From Candidatus Cloacimonadales bacterium (GTDB lineage: Bacteria > Cloacimonadota > Cloacimonadia > Cloacimonadales > JAFGVF01), in NCBI GenBank assembly GCA_963678315.1, contig OY782781.1, positions 2,496,001-2,560,000 on the forward strand: DNA of 64,000 nucleotides, read 5' to 3'. Numbering within the stretch: the stretch's first letter is position 1; each line of letters opens with the position of its first letter. Both the position numbers and the translations under genes were made by a program. Shown one piece after another: positions 59,397-64,000 of the stretch. Under the pieces are notes generated by a model that saw nothing but the letters and a program-made list of their open reading frames with translations, had not been told where the DNA came from and searched no databases.

Positions 59397-60512
59397 ATGA
59401 GAAAATATGTTCTGCTTTTTATAGTTTTGTTGTTAAGCGTAACAATTAATGCCCAAGATAGTTTTGATATAAATATTGCTTCCACACGACCAATTCTTAA
59501 TGAATTTAAAATTTCTTACGTTGACCCAGCTTCCCCACAAGCACAACCATATTTATTCTATATGGATATTGAAGTACCAGCTTATAATGAAGACAACTTT
59601 ATGGATGCTCCTTATCATTTAAACTTATCTTTTTGGTGGAATGATCATGAGATTTTTGATACTAAATTAGTACCTATCAATGCTGCTTTAAGCCCTTCTA
59701 ACTCTTTTAGAGTCTTCAACAAAGATTTAATCACATCAGTTGGATCTACTTTCTTTGAGTTTGCTCCAGGAGAAGATATTTCTTTAGAAGAGATTATAAA
59801 TAATAGTCCTGAGCTTGAAGATTTTGTTCTCGAAACAGGTAGATTTCCAGATGGCACTTATAGATTTGATGTTGAACTTGTAGCTAATATTGAAAATCTT
59901 TCAAATAAAAGTTCCAGTACAAGCTTTCTAGTTCAATCTATTCAGAATGTTCACTTAATAAATCCAGGTATAGGCAACACTAGTTATGATATACCGATAG
60001 TTACTGAACCAATTACTTTCAATTGGAACTCAGCCGGAATAGATAACAAATATCAGATAGAAATAAGAGAATATGATGAGTTATATGAATTTCAAAATGA
60101 TAATGCAGAAATAAATGGTAGAATCGTTGTTAAAGATAATATTGAAAAGATAAGATTTTATCAGGCAGATTATAATTTCAAAGATGAGAAGTATTATGGT
60201 TGGAGAATCAATGTAAGTTTTACAGATGAAATGTCTCTAAACTTAGATTCTGACAAACAAGCTCTACATAGTGAATTCAAATTCTTTCAATATAAATCAT
60301 CTCAAGGAAATCCTGTGAGTAATGTATTTATAGACGACTTCCTTGAAGCTCTTAAGCAAATGGATAACGATGAAATAAATGCGATTTTAAAGAGTGGTTA
60401 TCTACCAAAGGGCGGATTGGAATTAAATGGTCAATACTACTATGGGAAACAAGCTCTTGATTTAATTAAAGATTTAAAAGATATCGACATATTAGATACA
60501 AGCATTGAATAG
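59397..60512 (+). CDS. Hypothetical secreted protein with Ig/Fn3-like motifs
   Basis: Signal peptide; G.FPDGTYRF.V.L; L.NPG...P.TF.W...Y.I.I.E...Y.W.I. Confidence 0.65.
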   Translation: MRKYVLLFIVLLLSVTINAQDSFDINIASTRPILNEFKISYVDPASPQAQPYLFYMDIEVPAYNEDNFMDAPYHLNLSFWWNDHEIFDTKLVPINAALSPSNSFRVFNKDLITSVGSTFFEFAPGEDISLEEIINNSPELEDFVLETGRFPDGTYRFDVELVANIENLSNKSSSTSFLVQSIQNVHLINPGIGNTSYDIPIVTEPITFNWNSAGIDNKYQIEIREYDELYEFQNDNAEINGRIVVKDNIEKIRFYQADYNFKDEKYYGWRINVSFTDEMSLNLDSDKQALHSEFKFFQYKSSQGNPVSNVFIDDFLEALKQMDNDEINAILKSGYLPKGGLELNGQYYYGKQALDLIKDLKDIDILDTSIE

Positions 60513-60520
60513 GAGATGAT

Positions 60521-62128
60521 ATGAAAAGATTACTAATTTATATTTTTATGTTTATAGCATTGATTGTTCATGCTGAAGATATTGGTGTTATTGTTAAGGT
60601 TAAAGGTGACGTTTATACACAAATTGATACTTTAAAACACCTGCTTAATCCGTCTGATATTATTCAGAATAATACTACAATTTATAGTGGAAAAGATTCT
60701 TATGCTCTTTTTGTTTATAAAGATAATAACTCTTCAATAAGAATATACCCACATTCACAACTTACAGTTTCAGCGCTTAATCAAGATAGCAAAGCTGTTA
60801 ATCTAAAAAAAGGGTCTATTTCAAATATTATTCAAAAGAAATTAACAGGTTCCTATACTGTTGAAACAAATAATACTGTCGCATCTGTAAGAGGTACAAT
60901 CTTTGAAGTTGATGTAGTAGAAAATGGAACACAAGTTCACGTTGATAGAGGCCTAGTAAATGTTCAAAATAAGATAACAAATGCTAACTTGATGCTTAGT
61001 AAAGGGCAATACGTACTGTCCGATAATCAGGGGACAATAAGTCTACTTGATGGAAGCCCTCTTGATACAAATAAAGATACATTGAACTTCTTTGAAGTAG
61101 AAAATAGCATTTCACCTGCCGATTCTCTAGAAAATAAAGCTGATAAGCTTGAGCAAGTGGAAGAAGTTGAGCAAGCAGATTCCTTGCTAAATGATTCAAG
61201 TAAACCGGAAGAACTTCTTGAAGAAGAAGCTAATAATGATGATACAGATGAAGTTCTAATTGATAAACCGGAAGACAGTGAAACTTACCAAGCTAATGAT
61301 GATATTGAAACTTCTACAAATCAAGCAAGTGAAGTAGAAATCTCAGATGAGATTAACCAAGTTGAAACAGTAACAACAAATTCAACTAATCAAGAAGACC
61401 TTATTGTGATGGAAGACACTGATTCTGATAATATAATCGAAGAAGAGATTCTTGAAGAAGAAGGTGTTCCTGAACCAAAACACGAAATCAAAGAAGATAA
61501 CAAGATTGATAATCAAAGAAAACCTGTGGCTGTTGTTGTTAAAGTAAAAGGTAATGTAGATATAATATATAATAGCAAAGTTACATCTGCAAAAGCAGGT
61601 TCAATGATATATAATAACAGTGAGCTTATCTCTGGAAAAGATGGGTTAGCTCTTATTGCATTCGTTGATAATGGAAGTAAGATAAGACTTCTAAATAACT
61701 CAGAGGTAATAGTCACTACTGACCAAGAGAACAAAACAATGAATAAAGATATAAAGCTTAAATCTGGTTCAGTTCTGTCTCAAGTAAATAAAAAAATCTT
61801 AGGAAAATATTCAGTATCAACAAATTCAACTATTGCTTCAGTAAGAGGAACACACTTCTTAACAGAGCTTAGAAAAAATGGAGATACAGCAGTTTATGGA
61901 TTCTCTGGTAAAGTGGAAGTGAAGAACATTATTAGTGGCGAGATTACCCTTGTAACAGCAGGTATTACTGCCATATCTTCCCTCAATGGTTCATTATTGA
62001 GACAAGAAACTGTTGATGTTCCAGACGAAGCTTTAGAATTCATCCAAGAAACAGAGAATACTGATGAAGTGAAGATTGAATTCGAAGATAAAGATGGCAA
62101 CATAAAATCAATAATATTGGAGTTTTAG
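60521..62128 (+). CDS. Secreted protein with two FecR-like domains separated by an acidic linker
   Basis: Two copies of V.VKVKG.V...SGKD..A...(Y/V).DN.S.IR...L..GS...Y.V.T....ASVRGT.F...V..G.V.V.N. Confidence 0.8.
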   Translation: MKRLLIYIFMFIALIVHAEDIGVIVKVKGDVYTQIDTLKHLLNPSDIIQNNTTIYSGKDSYALFVYKDNNSSIRIYPHSQLTVSALNQDSKAVNLKKGSISNIIQKKLTGSYTVETNNTVASVRGTIFEVDVVENGTQVHVDRGLVNVQNKITNANLMLSKGQYVLSDNQGTISLLDGSPLDTNKDTLNFFEVENSISPADSLENKADKLEQVEEVEQADSLLNDSSKPEELLEEEANNDDTDEVLIDKPEDSETYQANDDIETSTNQASEVEISDEINQVETVTTNSTNQEDLIVMEDTDSDNIIEEEILEEEGVPEPKHEIKEDNKIDNQRKPVAVVVKVKGNVDIIYNSKVTSAKAGSMIYNNSELISGKDGLALIAFVDNGSKIRLLNNSEVIVTTDQENKTMNKDIKLKSGSVLSQVNKKILGKYSVSTNSTIASVRGTHFLTELRKNGDTAVYGFSGKVEVKNIISGEITLVTAGITAISSLNGSLLRQETVDVPDEALEFIQETENTDEVKIEFEDKDGNIKSIILEF

Positions 62129-62137
62129 GAGAGTAAT

Positions 62138-64000
62138 ATGAAAAAACTTATTTTACTTATAGTTATACTTACTGGATTAGGGACGATTTACTCTCAAATT
62201 ACAATAACTCATACACCAGTATATACTACCTTTAGGAATCAGAATCTTCCTATTCATATTACTTTGGATGGGGATGTTAATGATGTAAATGAAGTTAGAT
62301 TATTCTATCGTGAACGTGGTGATATTGCTTATAATATTCAGATTATGGAAGATTCTCAACTAGACAATAGTGTCTATGATGCTTTTATTCCGGTTTCTCT
62401 TGAAGCAAAAGGACTTGAATATTATATTGAAGCAGAGTTATTAGATGAAACAACTTACAGTTATCCAGTAACACAGCCAACACTTACTCCAGTACTTGTG
62501 CAAGTAATAGATGAAGTCATTTCTAACAACTTTGTTCTACTCAGTGATATGGGTGCAATTCATGAAGGAGAAGACTTTTCTTTATCAGTTTCAATCTATA
62601 ATATTGCTGAAACTATTGATTTATCTTCAATTACGGTAATGGAAGGTTGTAATGATGTTACATCACAAACTATCATCACTCAGAACTTAATTGTTTATCA
62701 GGCAATAGATCTTAATGAATCAACAACATTCCAGATTTTTGCATTAGATAAAGAAGGTAATGAGATTCTATCTCCGATATGGGATTTAACTGTTAAGAAA
62801 AGAACATTTACCTATTCCCTACCAATGAATATTCGTGGCGATGTTACCCTCAAAAGCAATATGAATAATATATCATACGATAATAATGATTATCAAACAT
62901 CCGAATCTTCTCAGAATAACTTCAATACTAGATTTAACATTAGAGGTAACTACAAGAAGTTCTCGTTTAAATCAAATATACTCATGTCCTCTTTAGAAAG
63001 CTCAAAGCGTCAAGCTGTGAACCGATATAATCTTACTTTAGCTGTACCGTATTTCGATATGCAATTTGGTGATTATTCTCCATACTACTCTAACTTCACA
63101 CTAAACAATAAGAATGTCAGAGGTATTGGAGCAAGAGTTTTAACCAAATTCTTTGAATTACAAGGATACTGGGGTAATACAGCTAGAAGCATTGAGACAG
63201 AAGTTATTGATAGCAACAATGACATCTATGACCCAGGAACATTTGAACGAAATACAAGTGCTTTTAGAATGGCATTTGGCAATGACGAAATAGTTAAGTT
63301 TGGTCTAAATGTAGTAAAGAACAAGGATAAAGTTTCATCCTTAGAAGAGAGTGACTATATCATTAGTAAAGAAGAAGATGGAGAGGAACTAACCCTACAA
63401 ATAGTAAATCCTAAGGATAATATAATATTAAGTAGTGACTTTAAATTATCAACTCCACAGAAGCTATTCTCTTTCGGTACTGAAGTTGCTTTAAGTGCTT
63501 ACAATAGCAATATCTATGGTGGAGCAATATCACAAGAAAGTCTTGAAGAAGACCTTGATAATGATATATTTATAGACCCTGAGTCTATTGAGAACATTTT
63601 CGTTATTAACAAGAATGTTGAACCCTTTAGTATTTCTCTAGCCAACATGGCTTACAAGATATACGCAAACTCATATTTTGCTGGCAACTTCCTTACTATA
63701 GACTACTCTCGTGTAGGATCTGCATTTAGATCATTATCTTCATCAAATCTTAAGAATGACACACAAACATTAACAATAAACAACAATATGAACTTCCATA
63801 ATTATATATTTATGGATTTTGGATTTAACAGAATATCTGATAACTTATCAGAGAACTTAGTTACTACTAATGTCTTTAGTAACTACTTCGTTAATGCTAT
63901 GTTTAGAATGAAAGATTACCCTTCAGTAAGATTAGGTTACGATCGAGGAAGGACAAGTATTGACGAGAATAATGATGTTTCTGATGAAGATTATAGCCAA
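62138..64000 (+). CDS. Partial large secreted/outer-membrane protein, truncated by the window end (not in ORF track)
   Basis: AGGAG RBS; MKKLILLIVILTGLGTIYSQITITHTP...; V.L.YR, LEYYIEA Ig-like N-terminus; later FGDYSPY.SNFTL....VRG.G and amphipathic beta strands; no stop noticed before 64000. Confidence 0.75.
   Translation, partial: MKKLILLIVILTGLGTIYSQITITHTPVYTTFRNQNLPIHITLDGDVNDVNEVRLFYRERGDIAYNIQIMEDSQLDNSVYDAFIPVSLEAKGLEYYIEAELLDETTYSYPVTQPTLTPVLVQVIDEVISNNFVLLSDMGAIHEGEDFSLSVSIYNIAETIDLSSITVMEGCNDVTSQTIITQNLIVYQAIDLNESTTFQIFALDKEGNEILSPIWDLTVKKRTFTYSLPMNIRGDVTLKSNMNNISYDNNDYQTSESSQNNFNTRFNIRGNYKKFSFKSNILMSSLESSKRQAVNRYNLTLAVPYFDMQFGDYSPYYSNFTLNNKNVRGIGARVLTKFFELQGYWGNTARSIETEVIDSNNDIYDPGTFERNTSAFRMAFGNDEIVKFGLNVVKNKDKVSSLEESDYIISKEEDGEELTLQIVNPKDNIILSSDFKLSTPQKLFSFGTEVALSAYNSNIYGGAISQESLEEDLDNDIFIDPESIENIFVINKNVEPFSISLANMAYKIYANSYFAGNFLTIDYSRVGSAFRSLSSSNLKNDTQTLTINNNMNFHNYIFMDFGFNRISDNLSENLVTTNVFSNYFVNAMFRMKDYPSVRLGYDRGRTSIDENNDVSDEDYSQ

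Noticed and set aside
1..64000. tRNA, rRNA, prophage or defence-system genes
   Set aside because: None recognisable by eye in this window.

Overview
AT-rich bacterial chromosomal window, most likely from an anaerobic FCB-related lineage such as Cloacimonadota. That placement is inferred from four large secreted proteins sharing a '...YPNPFNP...K(K/S)KM(I/M)LMK*' C-terminal Ig/T9SS-like sorting domain. Housekeeping blocks are rpmH-rnpA-yidD-yidC-jag, cmk-plsC-ispH-rpsA, cysS/rsmD/comEA, ruvX-mltG, ddl and a TetR-TolC-MFP-RND efflux operon. The main points of interest are: (1) a complete group II intron (9193-11086) inserted precisely into a REP-like palindrome, with a candidate EBS1 complementary to that repeat and a maturase broken by two in-frame TGA codons; (2) a family of composite, modular palindromic repeats, including an intron-free sibling at about 55.9-56.2 kb; (3) an arcE-like arginine synthetase beside carbamate kinase; (4) a bacterial Rh50-type ammonia channel; (5) nucleotide-level signs that the C-terminal sorting domain plus 3'UTR moves as a cassette; (6) an uncharacterised secreted operon with a tandem-FecR protein, running off the window end. 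Several small genes missing from the ORF track were recovered by hand (rpmH, a bS22-like gene, a 54-aa Cys-rich ORF). All family calls come from motif recognition, with no database searches.
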